A model generated the notes under the pieces. That model had not been told where the DNA came from, did not search any database, and worked only from the letters and a program-made list of their open reading frames with translations. A stretch of DNA of 64,000 bases from Zootoca vivipara (taxonomy: Eukaryota), in assembly GCF_963506605.1 (NCBI RefSeq), contig NC_083280.1, positions 81,840,001 through 81,904,000 on the forward strand. Direction: 5' to 3'. This document shows positions 1 through 12,711 of the stretch, piece after piece. The position numbers were made by a program, and so were the translations under genes. Every line of letters begins with the position of its first letter. The first letter of the stretch is position 1.

Positions 1-415
1 AACCCCATGTTCAAAAACACACAACGCACCCTAAAGTGCATGCTGGGAAATAGAATCAGGAGACCTTGCACAACAGCAGCCTCTAGCGGCAGCTACACTG
101 GTACTGCAGGCAGGAAAGCTTCCCACTCCACAGCAGCTCGGCTCGCCTTTGCAGACTAGGCCAAGTAGAGGTTTGAAGACTAGGCCGAATAGAGGTGGGG
201 GCTCCCCTGGGTGGGGGATGGGGGAGGAGGGGGTGGGAAAGGTCATGGGTCAGGAGAGGGTGGGGCCGATCACAGGGGTGGGGGTGGGGGGAGGAGTCAA
301 AAGGGGGACTCTGAGGGCCCATTTAACAGACTAAACCACAGTGGGGCCTACAGGGGAGTTTGAAGGGCCCATTTAACACAACTAAGCCACAGCAATGCGT
401 GGCAGGGCCAGCTAG
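1..415 (+). mobile_element. Helitron 3' end (runs off the window's left edge)
   Basis: Short GC-rich hairpin GCCACAGCAATGCGTGGC (386-403), then CTAG (412-415) followed by T, the canonical Helitron 3' terminus. Internal short direct repeats (actaggcc..tagagg x2, gggcccatttaaca x2) and a G-rich tract. Confidence 0.65.
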
Positions 416-1204
416 TATCACTATACTGTAAAAGGGAAGGGAAACAAGTACCTAACCTTTATGGCTCTGAATATAAGCTTTAGAATACATGGGCAAGGCT
501 TGCTGAAATTTCAGAAACAAGTGGGGTGGCTTAATAAAATTTCCAGTGGTTGGAAAAAAGGCTTCAATGCCCTGCAAAGTTAATTCCCCTCCTCCCAACT
601 GCCAAAAAGCAGAATTACACAAAATAAATTATGCAGATTAAAAAATGCAGAAAAGAAATTATGCCATTTGCTAAATTTGCATAATTCCAAGAAGTCAACT
701 AATTCAAGCTTTTTTTGGTGCACAATTTGGATTGCTTGGGATTGAAATCTTAATTTTTTCATGATGCCTGTTTATAAACTGAGAAAGGGACAAAGTTCAC
801 AATATCAGACATCATTTTGCAGCCTTTGGGCTAAACAACTGTAATGTTCTCGGTACTACGCAACTATAATTTGAGAGAGAGAAAGAGGAATATCTCCCCG
901 GTGTTTTATTCTAAGTCTTACACAGCATACAAAATGCCTTCTGTTCTTATCTTTATTAATTTTTAAAGAGTGTGACTTTTTTAGAGACATTATCTATTAC
1001 TTATGTCTATTACTTTCAACCAATCAAAAATGTTTGGAAACCAAAAGTTTATGTAATATTTTACAGAATAATTAAACAGGCAAAGAATTATAATGTACAA
1101 GAAATCCTACCATGAAAAGTATTCTTGGGGCTTTCTGAGACGTGGCTGAACTATATCATAGCAACAGACTCCTTTAATTTTTTAAAAAAAACAAGAACAC
1201 TAAT

Positions 1205-1390
1205 AGCAGCTATTTATATAGTGTATTTTAAAACCACCCACATACATTATCTCAGTAAGTCTTACAACAACCTTATAAATGTAGGTCAATATTAGTACTG
1301 TCTCTTATTACAGATATGGGGCTGAGGTTGTGAAAGTAGCTTATGTAAAATTACTTTTAAAGTAGAAGTGCAGTTTGAACCAAGAACTTT
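1205..1390 (-). mobile_element. Old MIR/CORE-like SINE fragment
   Basis: Degraded CORE-like text cttacaacaacc..gtagg..attacagat..gctgagg; boundaries approximate. Confidence 0.45.
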
Positions 1391-2711
1391 GGTAGGTCAC
1401 AGTTAGCCATACATATACAAACAAACACAAACTCCCTCCCCTTGTTCCACTTAATTCCACATTCAAAATTTGCCCCAGCTGAGGGGGAAAGGGCAAATGA
1501 TCTGCCTTTTATGCTAAATTGGATATCAGTATTTAAAATTTCCTCACAACTGAGAATATGCCCATTGTTTCCATTGGCCACTGGCATAAGGGATGAGAGA
1601 TGTGTTCAACAGGCTCTCTGGAGCAATGAGAGCCTTGATTTATCCAGAACCTTACTCTAAGGAGCACTGAGTGTAATAGTTAATCCAGCCCTCTTAACAA
1701 AGTACCAATTACAATTAATGTGGTAGTTCTCTCCTACTGAGCAAAAGGGGTCCTCCTACATATTAAGCTAGATAATATATTTGCACTTTACTGCACCAAA
1801 GGTCAGAATTCATTCATTGTCAGCAAACTACCAGCAGTCATTTACCATGCAGAGTGTCTGCCTCTCCACTTTCCTTACTGGAGTTTACCAAAGCCAATAT
1901 CTGATCTGTCCCCTTAGCCTTCAGTTAACCTTGTAACAATGCCAGTGCCCTGAAAGCAATCAGAATTGCTATTCATTGATTTAGTGAGAAGTCGGGTTTT
2001 TGTACCAGGATGCATTATCGTCTCAGCATTTTTAAAAGGTCTGTACAAAATGAAACTGATAAAAATCAACTCCTAAGAGGTGGCTTGGGGAAATTTTAAA
2101 GGATCAGATTCTGCAAAAAGCAATAAATGGACTCCAAATCAGGACTGGGTCCATGCAGTAAAGAGAAAACAACACACAGCTTGATGGCCATGCTGGATGA
2201 TGCAACTGTTGAACTGGATCTTTTATCCAAGTCAAGCTGTAGCTTTTTCAGATGTCCAGGCAAGTGTCAGGACCAGAAGGCTGAGCAGTAGAGAATGCCA
2301 TGTCTCTCTTCCCCATCCTTATTGGCACTAATTTCAAGCCCCTGCCTGGAGTGGAGGGGAAATTACCCTCCTTGAGGTAGTCAGGCAGTGAAGATTTAAA
2401 GGAGCTGGCTCTTCCCTCATTTAGTTACGGTAACAAATTACTAACACTGGTATATGCATGGGTAGATGAGCTAGTAGGAGAGGGGAAGCTTTGGACTAGC
2501 AATGTTTTGTAATTATTTGCAAGGCTACTTGATCTCTCATCTTCTGAAAAAGAAAACTCCAGCGCAAACATTATTCTGCTACTCAGAACCCTTTCTTCAT
2601 TCCTGAAACCCTTTATAAAGGCCAACATTTGCAGATCTTCCAGCCTTCATATACCTGTGGCCCACATACCCTAGATGAAAATAGGAACATCCCAGTGCAT
2701 GAGTATGTTGT

Positions 2712-3062
2712 CAGACCCTCCAAGTGTCCCTATTTTCCAGGGACAGTCCTGGATTTACAGATGCCATCCCAGTTTCTCATTTGATCCTGGAATATCCGAC
2801 TTTTCCTTAGGAGGTCCCTATGTTCACCGGAGAAATGTTGGCGGGAATGGAGTTATCCGATCCCCGAGCTATCTAAAGGCAGCCCTGTATGGGGAAGGGT
2901 TTTTTTTTTTAAGGTTTAATGTTTTGTATGCTTTTATATGTGTTTGAAGCTGTCCAGAGTGGCTGGAGTAACCCAGTCAGATGGGCAGGGTAGATATGTA
3001 AATTTTTTATTAATATGCAATAGGATGTCCCTATTTTCATTGGGGAAATGTTGGAGGGTATG
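2712..3062 (+). mobile_element. Composite hAT-type MITE carrying an L2 3' end (copy 1)
   Basis: TIRs CAGACCCTCCAA ... TTGGAGGGTATG, an internal duplicate of the right end near 2808-2849, and an L2 3' tail near 2870-3000. Colinear with 42797-43363. No clear TSD. Confidence 0.75.
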
Positions 3063-5903
3063 TGTCATTTTGGGCTGCCATACACCTAGATTTTTCCAGA
3101 CATTACCAGGATTTCAAAGGCAGAATTGATGTCTTGGGGGGGGGATTTCCGAAAGGCAGTGCTTTGTCCTGGATCTTATGCAACTTTGGGGTGTCCTGGT
3201 TTTTACTTTTTGAAATATGGCAACCCTAGTGTTGTTAGGAGCAGTGAGTCTGGTCTGTGTTTAAGAACAGTGAATTAAATACAGCCCAGGCTCCTCTCTT
3301 GGCCTAGGAGAAACCATGCTGCAAGCCTGTAGCCATATATAACCCTATTACATTACTTACACCTGAGTCAGTAGCCAAAGTTCAACAGAAACCTGGTCAA
3401 GGCAGAATCTGGCAGGCCCCAAAAGGCATACTCCCACCTCCCCGCTTCCCATGGACAGAAGCCGCTTTCCCACCCTTGCAAAAAATGACCAGATGTGCTA
3501 GCCCTTAAGACTCATGGGGAGCTCTGCCTCCTGAACCAGAATACGCTGTCTGAAGACCCTATCCCAATGTTAGAATGTTTTTATTTCAACAGATGGCAGG
3601 TGGACCTGAGAAAAACACAACCATGTCTTTCCTCTCTGCTTGCATGATAAACCAGAACTAGTTAAAACGGAAAAAGTGCATATCAGGATGTACCGAGGAA
3701 CCCTTTATTTGTCCCCATCCTCTCTTCCCCTGTTCACTGATGCAGGCTTAGTGTGTTTACATTTACAACCAGCCTGCTATGGGATATGGTGTGAGTGTGA
3801 GAGAGGAGGGTGGGCAAGAGAGAAACTTTCTCATGAAAGTTAGCCTCTCGAATACACAAAACCAACTTCCAGTGAAATGAGTCCCTGAAATAGTCCTTAA
3901 CTAACAAAAGCCAGGGTTGAGTCCATTGTGCGTAGTCCATAGATACAGTTTCATTTTAATTCTAATTTAATTAACTTAATTCATTTTAATTAAGAGGCAT
4001 TTTATTTCCTAACAGATAATTACATGGATTTGAAGAGAACATCCCTTTCTCAGAAACAGCCAGGCATGCTCAAATCTGGAGGCTGATAAACTTCTGATGG
4101 CCAACACTGCAATGGATCATCACTCAGTCCTGCCATTTAGACAAAGAGGCCTTCTGCAAAACTCGGGGAACATTATTCTCCTCTCCCAGCCAACCACTGG
4201 CATGCACATAGCACTCTTAGTTTCCATATGGTCTTCAAAAGCAGCAGGAACAAGGAAAGTCAGATAATCAATACTGTAGTTCCAACACAGTGAAAAAGTT
4301 CCCTAGGGATCCTCAACCAAGTGTGATTTTGCGACAAAATATCTTTCTGTTCTCCTCAGTTGCTAACAGTTTGAGCCACACAGTTTCCCCATTAAAAAAA
4401 AAAGGGCCCAGGGAATAGAAACTCAAGGATCACTAATAGGAAACACCTACTCATTCAGTGAATTAAACATATTATTCCTGAGTCAGTTCTGTAAGAGACA
4501 ACCCTATCAATGGAAGCCCACATACACCCTCCCCCCAAACCTTGTTGATTTAGTACTTCATTGTCACTGATCTGCAGTGAGGCTCTCAAATGGCCACTCT
4601 GAGCTGAACAGATTTATGGGAGAGGGGTCCCCCTACAGATGCATCTCTGGTGAAGAACTTGCTTGACATCATAATTTTGTGGACATTAATGTGGTGCCCC
4701 CTCCTTCTCACAGACAAACTGCAAAGAAGAGGAAGGAATGCAAGACGGGAATGCTTATACAGTATAAAAAAGTAAGGCTTCGCATCAAAGGTGCAATGGC
4801 AGCAAAGGAGAAGACAGACTGCTTATAGGCCCCAGTTATCTGAGGAAAACCTGGCACACCTGCGTTTGTGCAAGGCTAGGATTCAGAGAATATGTATTGA
4901 AATTGCTAAGGGAGCACTGAAGCTTAAGAACCATTGTAGTTGCATATATTTCCTGAATATTTTTACTACTTATATTTTACTAACCATTGCTTTTCTCTAT
5001 AACTCCATAGGTAATGCCATTCTTCTTCTCTGCCTGGTTTTATTTACCATTTAAAATTGCCACCCACACACTTCCCGTATAATCACAATGGGTGGGATTC
5101 AGTAACACAGACATTCAGCAAATGCATCTCCGATCCTCAGCAGGAGTCAGGATGTGTCTGGTATTCTCAGCTCTTCTGGTTGCATTATTTTCCTCCCCAA
5201 TGAAGAACAGGACAGAATGGCCTCATAAAAGCCATTTTGCTAATCCTGCTCTAATGACTTTGCTTGCTTTGGGAGAATGATGTCTTGAGGATAGGAACCA
5301 CATAAAAAGAATTAGCTGAATTTATATTTGGCAGATTCTTTCTTTATGTTTTGATATATGTAAAGGTATGCCTATAACTGCATGCTGCAATATTTTATGC
5401 AAAGTAAAGTCTTACATGTAGACACAGCCAGGTGTGTTGTGGACCCTTCTTATGCTTGGGCACCAGGGACCCTACACTATTCTGGATTTTGATTTGTAAA
5501 GACTGATGGCCTGTCGCTACTTTATGCCATATACAGCTCTAGTCACGGGACAAAAATCTTATCTAGACTAAGAAGGTTTGTAATATATTTACTACTATAC
5601 AGCAACTTCCGTTTTCAAAACAGATTTACAAAAAAAAAGAGTTCACCTCCACCCATTTTATTTTATCTCCACCTTTTAAAAGAAATAAATAATAATAATT
5701 GCAACCAACATGCAGGAAGTATGAAAAGGAACACTGAATTAAAAAGCTTCAGTCCACATTGTCCCAAGCAATGGTTTAAAGTCCTCCAAGAACATGCACG
5801 TGTCCTGACCTCATCTGTTAGTTTCATATGGCCTCTTCATTTTGCAAAAGACAAGACATGTCTGCTTAGTAAAAGCATTGAAACCCTGTACTACTGCCTG
5901 TCT

Positions 5904-6037
5904 NNNNNNNNNNNNNNNNNNNNNNNNNNNNNNNNNNNNNNNNNNNNNNNNNNNNNNNNNNNNNNNNNNNNNNNNNNNNNNNNNNNNNNNNNNNNNNNNN
6001 NNNNNNNNNNNNNNNNNNNNNNNNNNNNNNNNNNNNN
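5904..6037. other. Assembly gap (134 N)
   Basis: Run of n. Confidence 1.
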
Positions 6038-6279
6038 AGTAGGACAGGAAAGAAATGTGAAGCAGTTTGATTGGTGCTTCAGCTCAAAGCATTTCTTGGT
6101 ACCACCAGCCTAGGTGGTACCACAGTCCCTCCATGGGGCAATCACATTCCCCTCCCTTTAAATTTAATTAGCTACCCCTACCACTCCAATATATTCACTT
6201 TGGGGTTCGTTTTAAGAACTCTTTTGCTAGTTACCATAGAAGAGGATTAGTTGTTATTAGTTATTAGTTGTTATTAGTT

Positions 6280-6619
6280 GTTAAACCACAGAGTCTAGGG
6301 CTTGCTGATCAGAAGGTCGGCGGTTTGAATCCTCGCAACGGGGTGAGCTCCCGTTGCTCAGTCCCAGCTCCTGCCCACCTAGCAGTTCGAAAGCACATCA
6401 AAGAGCAAGTAGATAAATAGGGACCGCTCCGGCGGGAAGGTAAACGGCGTTTCCGTGCGCTGCTCTGGTTTGCCAGAAGCAGCTTTGTCATGCTGGCCAC
6501 ATGACCCGGAAGCTGTCTGCGGACAAACGCCGGCTCCCTTGGCCTATAGAGCGAGATGAGCGCCGCAACCCCAGAGTCGGACACGACTGGACCTGATGGT
6601 CAGGGGCCCCTTTACCTTT
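6280..6619 (+). mobile_element. Sauria SINE, near full length
   Basis: Diagnostic gggcttgctgatcagaaggtcggcggtttgaatcc, ctagcagttcgaaagcac, gctggccacatgacccggaag and the cctttacctt tail. The 5' end abuts a (TTAGTTG/TTATTAG) repeat at 6246-6282. Confidence 0.92.
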
Positions 6620-8137
6620 TATTACAATTAATAGAGCAATTTTTAATACACTGAAAAGATGCTCGTGTCCGCAAACAAAGCAAGACACTGACAATACTTT
6701 TCTCCACTATGGACCCAATACTGGATTACTGCAAGAGAACGATTCTGAGTGAAAGATTATCCTCTGGCTCTTGATCTGGTGTTGTATTTACTAGGCACTA
6801 ACAGGAATGACATGATCTAAACTGACAAGCCTAGCGTGCTTATAACTTATTTTTCTTATTCTGGCTTCGCACTTTTCACTCTCTGTGCCCCCAGCCGCTT
6901 AGAAACACTATCTTTCTTGGGGGAATATGTTTGGTTTTTTTTAGAGGAGGCTTGGTTATTCATCAAAGCATTATTTTCATATGGGTGAAATAAGGATTTC
7001 ATTATCCTGAGTGCAGAGTTTCCCAAACGAGAGACAGCTCTCTCCAGAGACAGAAGGAGCCTGGCACAAAGTGGAAGGTGGTTGGGTGGGACTGGAAGTA
7101 CAGTATTTGTGTTTGGGACAGGATGGAAGAAATTACAGCTGTCTGCATCTCTCAGTGCACCACATATCTGGTTGGAGGTATATAAGTGTAGGATGCAACT
7201 GGAGCCTTGTAAGGTGAATCAGTCTAAATCCAAAGGTTATGCATTTTGGATGCAAGTCCAATATGTCCAATATGCAGAAGCAGGGTGTGGTGAATTGATT
7301 CCTGTTTCCTTTAAAGAAAGAAGCTTTCACAGCAAAATAGACCGGAAACTATAGATTATTGTCAACTGAGACATTTAGGTATAAGCACCCACTAGGAACC
7401 TGGAATATATTAATTTTGCTGTCTGAGAAGAGGTAGTCTTACAATTTTCTGCAACAGTATAGAAACCATATATTTTCACTCCCAAGAGTGACTATGGTCA
7501 GTCAATATTTTAACCCATATATTGCCTTTTAATATAACCACTCTTTTTGTATAAAGTGATTGATTGTCAACTTTCGTGACCCATTTACTAATTTTCTGAT
7601 TGTCGATTGATCTCAATGAATGGATCTCAATTTCAAATAATGTATTTTCTGTATGAATGCAAAAGGAGACTCATGCAATCAATTCACTGCCCAATATAAC
7701 TCTTCAAGTTATTCACTTCCAGGATCCACTCAATATACCAATTTGATACTCATGAGGCATGACTGGTGGACAAACACACGGTGCATTGCTCGTGAACTCT
7801 AACACAATTACTTGTTAATGAAGAATAGTGGCAAGCCAGTATCTGCCTTTTCAAGAGAAAAAAAATCTATTTCTGTGGCATCATTGCTAGAACTATCATC
7901 TCTCACCAACAATAAATTTTATGAGAAAAGCAAGAAAAGCATTTTGGTTAAACGCTTGCACAAAACTTAATGTTCCCAGAAAGAAACTCAGAATCAACCA
8001 GCCGTGTTTCTTCACAGATCAATCTTTTTTTTATTAATATTATCTAACAACATCATTTCACATAAAACACATTCAGAAATGTACAAGTGTGAATTTAGTT
8101 TTATTCATTTCAAAGAACATTCTTGCTTGAGCTAGCA

Positions 8138-8387
8138 CATGGGTAGGCAAACTAAGGCCCAGGGGCCGGATCTGGCCCAATTGCCTTCTAAATCCGGCCC
8201 ACGGATGGTCCGGGAATCAGCGTGTTTTTACATGAGTAGAATGCGTGCTTTTATTTAAAATGAATCTCTGGGTTATTTGTGAGGCATAGGGATTCATTCA
8301 TCCCCCCCAAAAAAATACAGTCCGCCCCCCCCCAAGGTCTGAGGGACAGTGGAGCAGCCCCCTGCTGAAAAAGTTTGCTGACCCCTG
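8138..8387 (+). mobile_element. hAT (Charlie-like) MITE with perfect 8-bp TSD
   Basis: TSD AGCTAGCA at 8130-8137 and 8388-8395. Imperfect TIRs CATGGGTAGGCAAACT / AGTTTGCTGACCCCTG. Confidence 0.9.
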
Positions 8388-8474
8388 AGCTAGCATATTG
8401 GCAGAACAAAAGGTATTGAAATAAAAGTCACCCATAGGAGCAAATGTTGTGTGTTCTAGATTCTCTGAGCTGTT

Positions 8475-8680
8475 GCACTGTAGCGGTTAAGAAACTGGCC
8501 AGGAGTTATGAAATTCTTGGCTCAAATCTCATCTCAGACATGAACTCGCTAGATGTCCTTAGGGAATCCACTAGTCTCTCAAACATTGCTAAGGAACGAG
8601 GCCTATCTTACAGGTTGTCATAATAATGTATGCGAAGTGCTTTGAATACTCAGCAAAAGCTCTGGATAAATAATTATTAG
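8475..8680 (+). mobile_element. Old MIR/CORE-like SINE
   Basis: tRNA-like head gtagcggttaag..ggctcaaatc, core cttacaggttgt, 3' gtatgcgaagtgctttgaa. Confidence 0.5.
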
Positions 8681-9228
8681 GGCTTTAATCAGTTGATCTA
8701 CTAAATTAATCAATTAAAAGGGTTAGCTGAGTAAACAGAGAGAGTATTAATCAATGTGAATTAAAAGCACATTAGTTTATTTGAGGCTATTTTGTTTCTG
8801 GTGAGTTCAGTGAAACAGGGCATGCAAAAAGGAAAGGTACCCTCTCTAATAATTTTTTTTTTACTAGTTTACCTTGCACTTCCTTCAGCATGTTAAGGAT
8901 CTACTTATACTGAAAGTTCAGAAACATGTGGTTTTTGTTTAACCGCATTGAATCAGTTGGGTAAAGGCAGATATCGAATCAATTGAAATTTTTTAATACA
9001 AAAATAATGCTAGTAACAAAAATAGAGTAATTTGCCTGTCCATTCTTTCTATGCTACAGTGACACTGATGGATCCCTGTTGAAAAAAAGCCTGCCTTTCC
9101 TATTACAATCTAGTTTCCCATAACTGAGAGAAGTAGAGGGTTGGTAAGAACAGAGCCCACCGTGGGGAAAGGTGAAATGAGAACATGCGGGGGTCTTTGT
9201 AAAGATGGAAACAAACCATCTTACTTAC

Positions 9229-9296
9229 AGCAGAACACCTGAGTTGGTCTTTACTCTTCCTCAAGTTCTTTGAAACCTTTCTCAGTCGTTACAAAA
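9229..9296 (-). other. Candidate internal exon (68 nt)
   Basis: Minus-strand acceptor gagttgtttctacag| and donor GCT|gtaagtaag in unique sequence. No transcript evidence. Confidence 0.35.
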
Positions 9297-10410
9297 CTGT
9301 AGAAACAACTCATGGAAAGCACTTGTGATCAGGATCATTGAGGCAACTTCCACCTCTGTCCTTTTACACATGGATCATTTCTTTGTTCGTAGGCTCTGAC
9401 CAGCAACAGGTTTTACAGAAGGGGCAGTTTCAAGAAAGGATAGCAGAAGATAGTAAGTGCTATTCCCACAACCGCTGCTCCCTTTGTACCTCCCTAAAAC
9501 CACTGTGCTAGCAACTGAGGCGGGGGTGGGAAGAGCTGGTCATACCCAGCGGGTCAGATTCAGCTCCAGGACATGCAGTTGCTGATCCTTAACATACAAA
9601 ACTTCACTGGGATTATGCCCAAGTCACAGAGGTTTTGAATGAACTGGGGGGGGGGGAATGCCTGCCCCCAGAAGAGGAGCTTCTAGTCTACGCATTTCCT
9701 TTGACTTCTTATCTTTTAATTGCACCTTCACGTTTTAAGGCAGCCTGGCTGGCCACTTAATAAAAGTGAAATCCTCTTTGAATAAACCTTTATACGTACA
9801 AATAAAACCCAAATGATACTTACGGCACAGGAAACCACACTCAGTTCAAAATGGATTTATATTCCTTGCTCGCTGTTTTTCTCCTGCCTCCGCCCCCTCC
9901 CTCTGTGCAGCAGTGTCAGGTGTCAAAATCCCCTTTCAGATAAAGCCATGAACCCTGTCTACTAAACAGGGACCATTCTAAAGCAGATCTGGGGGCCCCT
10001 CGCCATGCTCCAACTGAGCACTCATTTTGAGCAAGCTTAAGCCCAATGATTGCTATCTGAAGAAACAGCTTTTGAACTACCATCAATTTCCTGAAGAATG
10101 TATCAGTTTATTGAGCAGAGCCTTTTCAGATTTCTTCTATCTTGTTCGATAGGATTACACCACACAATTTTTATGAGCTACAGTTAAAATACTGTTGTGC
10201 CTTCAAAAGCGGTTATTCCACCCACCCCTAGCCAAAAAAAACCTGTTATTTGTTGTTAAGGCTGCCAGGGACTCAGTATTACAAAACTCTTTTCTTTCTT
10301 TTTTAATGACAGGAATAACCAAACCCGTGACTTGGTAATGTATTAGATAGAAACACTTGATTGTGCCGTAAAAAAAATTTTTTTTTGAGGGGTTAGGGCA
10401 TAATTCTTAC

Positions 10411-10442
10411 CTTGCCATCTCATTGAACACTGAAGGTAATAC
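10411..10442 (-). other. Candidate internal mini-exon (32 nt)
   Basis: Minus-strand acceptor atttcccattttag|G and donor AAG|gtaaga. No transcript evidence. Confidence 0.35.
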
Positions 10443-10633
10443 CTAAAATGGGAAATCTGCATATTTATGTGACTGCAAGACACTGAAACTACTAGGGCCT
10501 GGATCAAAATGTACTTTCTTATTTATGCAATGTAGTAATGTAAGTAAAGTAATATGTTGTTTCTTGTGGTGTTGTGTGTTGCCCTCTGTTAATGTGAAAA
10601 TCCTACATTAAATACTGGTGGTTATTGGTGCCT

Positions 10634-10636
<3 letters not shown>

Positions 10637-10667
<31 letters not shown>
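10637..10667. repeat. (CA)n microsatellite
   Basis: About 15 CA units. Confidence 0.95.
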
Positions 10668-11742
10668 ACAAAGAAACTTTCTTCTTGATCTTCTGCTTAT
10701 GTGTTGGGAGAACAAGATGGTTCCGATCTGCCTGCACCACCAAGTGCGCATCCCCTTCCATGCGACTAATATTTGAATAAGACAAATGTATGAAAAATGG
10801 GTGGCAAGCTTATAGCCATTTACAAATGGTTGATTCTTGGAATGTACAAGGGAAAGCAGTCAAGCTTCTTAGGCCTACTTATGTTAGATTTTACATATAC
10901 AGTACACACCACATTCAAGTGTTCCATTCAAATGCAGATCTCTGGGAGGCACACATGTCTGGTAGGAAGGCACAATCTACCCCTTCACATCCTACATACA
11001 CAGGAAGAAGACTGCATGATCCAGACTGGAGAAAATGGATTTTAATATTCGGGATCAGAAGAGTCAGTGTTCAAATAAATGAGGAGTGTGGGCAAACCCA
11101 AGGCATGTCTCTGATCCTATTGCATGTGGGCAGAGAAACATACAGACAACCCCTATGTTTCTTAAAGTTAATATTTTAATAATTGATTTTATATAAATAA
11201 AAAACAAACTAAATAAAATAAAATATGCATTCACCAAAAACAAAGAGAAGCTGCAATTTACAAATATTAAACAATGTTCATGTATTTATTCTTTTGTGCC
11301 TTCGTATTATTTTTGTTCCATTACAAAGGCCTCCAGTTATCCACAATCTTTGCTCCAAAGTCTTTTGAAGTGTGAAACTTCTATTCTTAAAGTCTGCCAA
11401 ACCCCTATGTTGTCTTCCTAGTAGCAGTTGATACCACTGCCCATGAACAAGCACCCCCTAGTATCCTCAGAGACAAAAACTTAACACATATACGGTATCT
11501 TTCAAAGTCAATAACTGAAAATTGCAATTTTCATTATTCAGAGGCATAGCAAAAAAATGAAGAGTCCTGTAGCACCTTAAAAACTAGTTTATGCCAAAAT
11601 AAAATGGTTAGCCTCTGGGGTGCTGAAGGACTTCATATTCTCACATATTATTCAGGTTCAGTGCTGGGTATTCCATACAGTGACCATTAAAACACATGCA
11701 CACACAATCAACAACAACAAAATGTGCACGCTCTCAAGTTGG

Positions 11743-11979
11743 GAAGAAGAGGAGGAGGAGGAGGAGGAGGAGTTTGGATTTGATATCCCGCTTTATCACT
11801 ACCCGAAGGAGTCTCCAAGCGGCTAACAATCTCCTTTCCCTTCCTCCCCCACAACAAACACTCTGTGAGGTGAGTGGGGCTGAGAGACTTCAAAGAAGTG
11901 TGACTAGCCCAAGGTCACCCGTGAACCCGGTTCCCCAGATTACGAGTCTACTGCTCTTAACCACTACACCACACTGGCT
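11743..11979 (-). mobile_element. tRNA-derived CORE-type SINE (Squam3-like) with (CTC)n tail and internal deletion
   Basis: Minus strand begins agccagtgtggtgtagtggttaagagc (A box). (GAG)n on + strand at the tail. Closely similar to 32715-32997 but lacks about 25-30 nt next to the B box. Confidence 0.85.
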
Positions 11980-12711
11980 AGATCCCCTGTAGGGTGGGTG
12001 TTAATCCAAGAGAAAACATGACAGAAGTTCCACTCTACACTTTGCAATCATGTTGAGCTGGAATAGGAGATATGCTTTTCAGACTGCGTGTTAAGCTAGC
12101 ATGTACAGTACTTAGTACCAAAGTCTAACAGGTTATAGCAAAGCATGCTGGGACAAGTGGCTCATTGCAAATATAAAAAACAGAGGTTATTTGACACTAG
12201 CCAGAGAGCAGAAGTAGACCTAAATGTGAAAGTCCTTATATTAAGCAAACCTGATTTAAGTTGATTACGGTAGACATAATTCTGAAAATAAATGCCGAGT
12301 ATGACAAATGTCCAAAGGAATTGCTGACACCTCCTCCACTCCTCCAGGTCACAGCAGGAAGATAGGATCTTAATTACAGCCAGAGCAAAACGAACTTCTA
12401 GGGTTTGTCAGAGCTGAGGCACACAAAGGAGACAGCCATGGATCAACCAGCACTACTGCTGTCCTAGCCTCTGAATTGTGCCAGGTTTTAAGTATGTCCT
12501 GAGCTATACATATGAACCCCTCAATGGGTGATGGAGGGAGCTGTTCCATGATCTAGCTTTGAAACAGCAACATTATTGCGAGGCCATCACAGAAAATGCT
12601 ACTTCTTGTCAATATCAGTCTAACCTCCTAAACAACGCAATACATGGAGGAAAGTCTCTCCCGGTGCCTCAGAAGTAGGAGGATTTGTATGGAAGCAGCC
12701 ATGCCCTAAAT

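Noticed and set aside
2265-2425. Possible old LTR remnant starting tgtcagg
   Set aside because: No matching 3' terminus or TSD could be found.
3361-3605. Additional minus-strand exon candidate
   Set aside because: Splice signals are plausible but the donor is ambiguous, all frames have early stops, and there is no other support.
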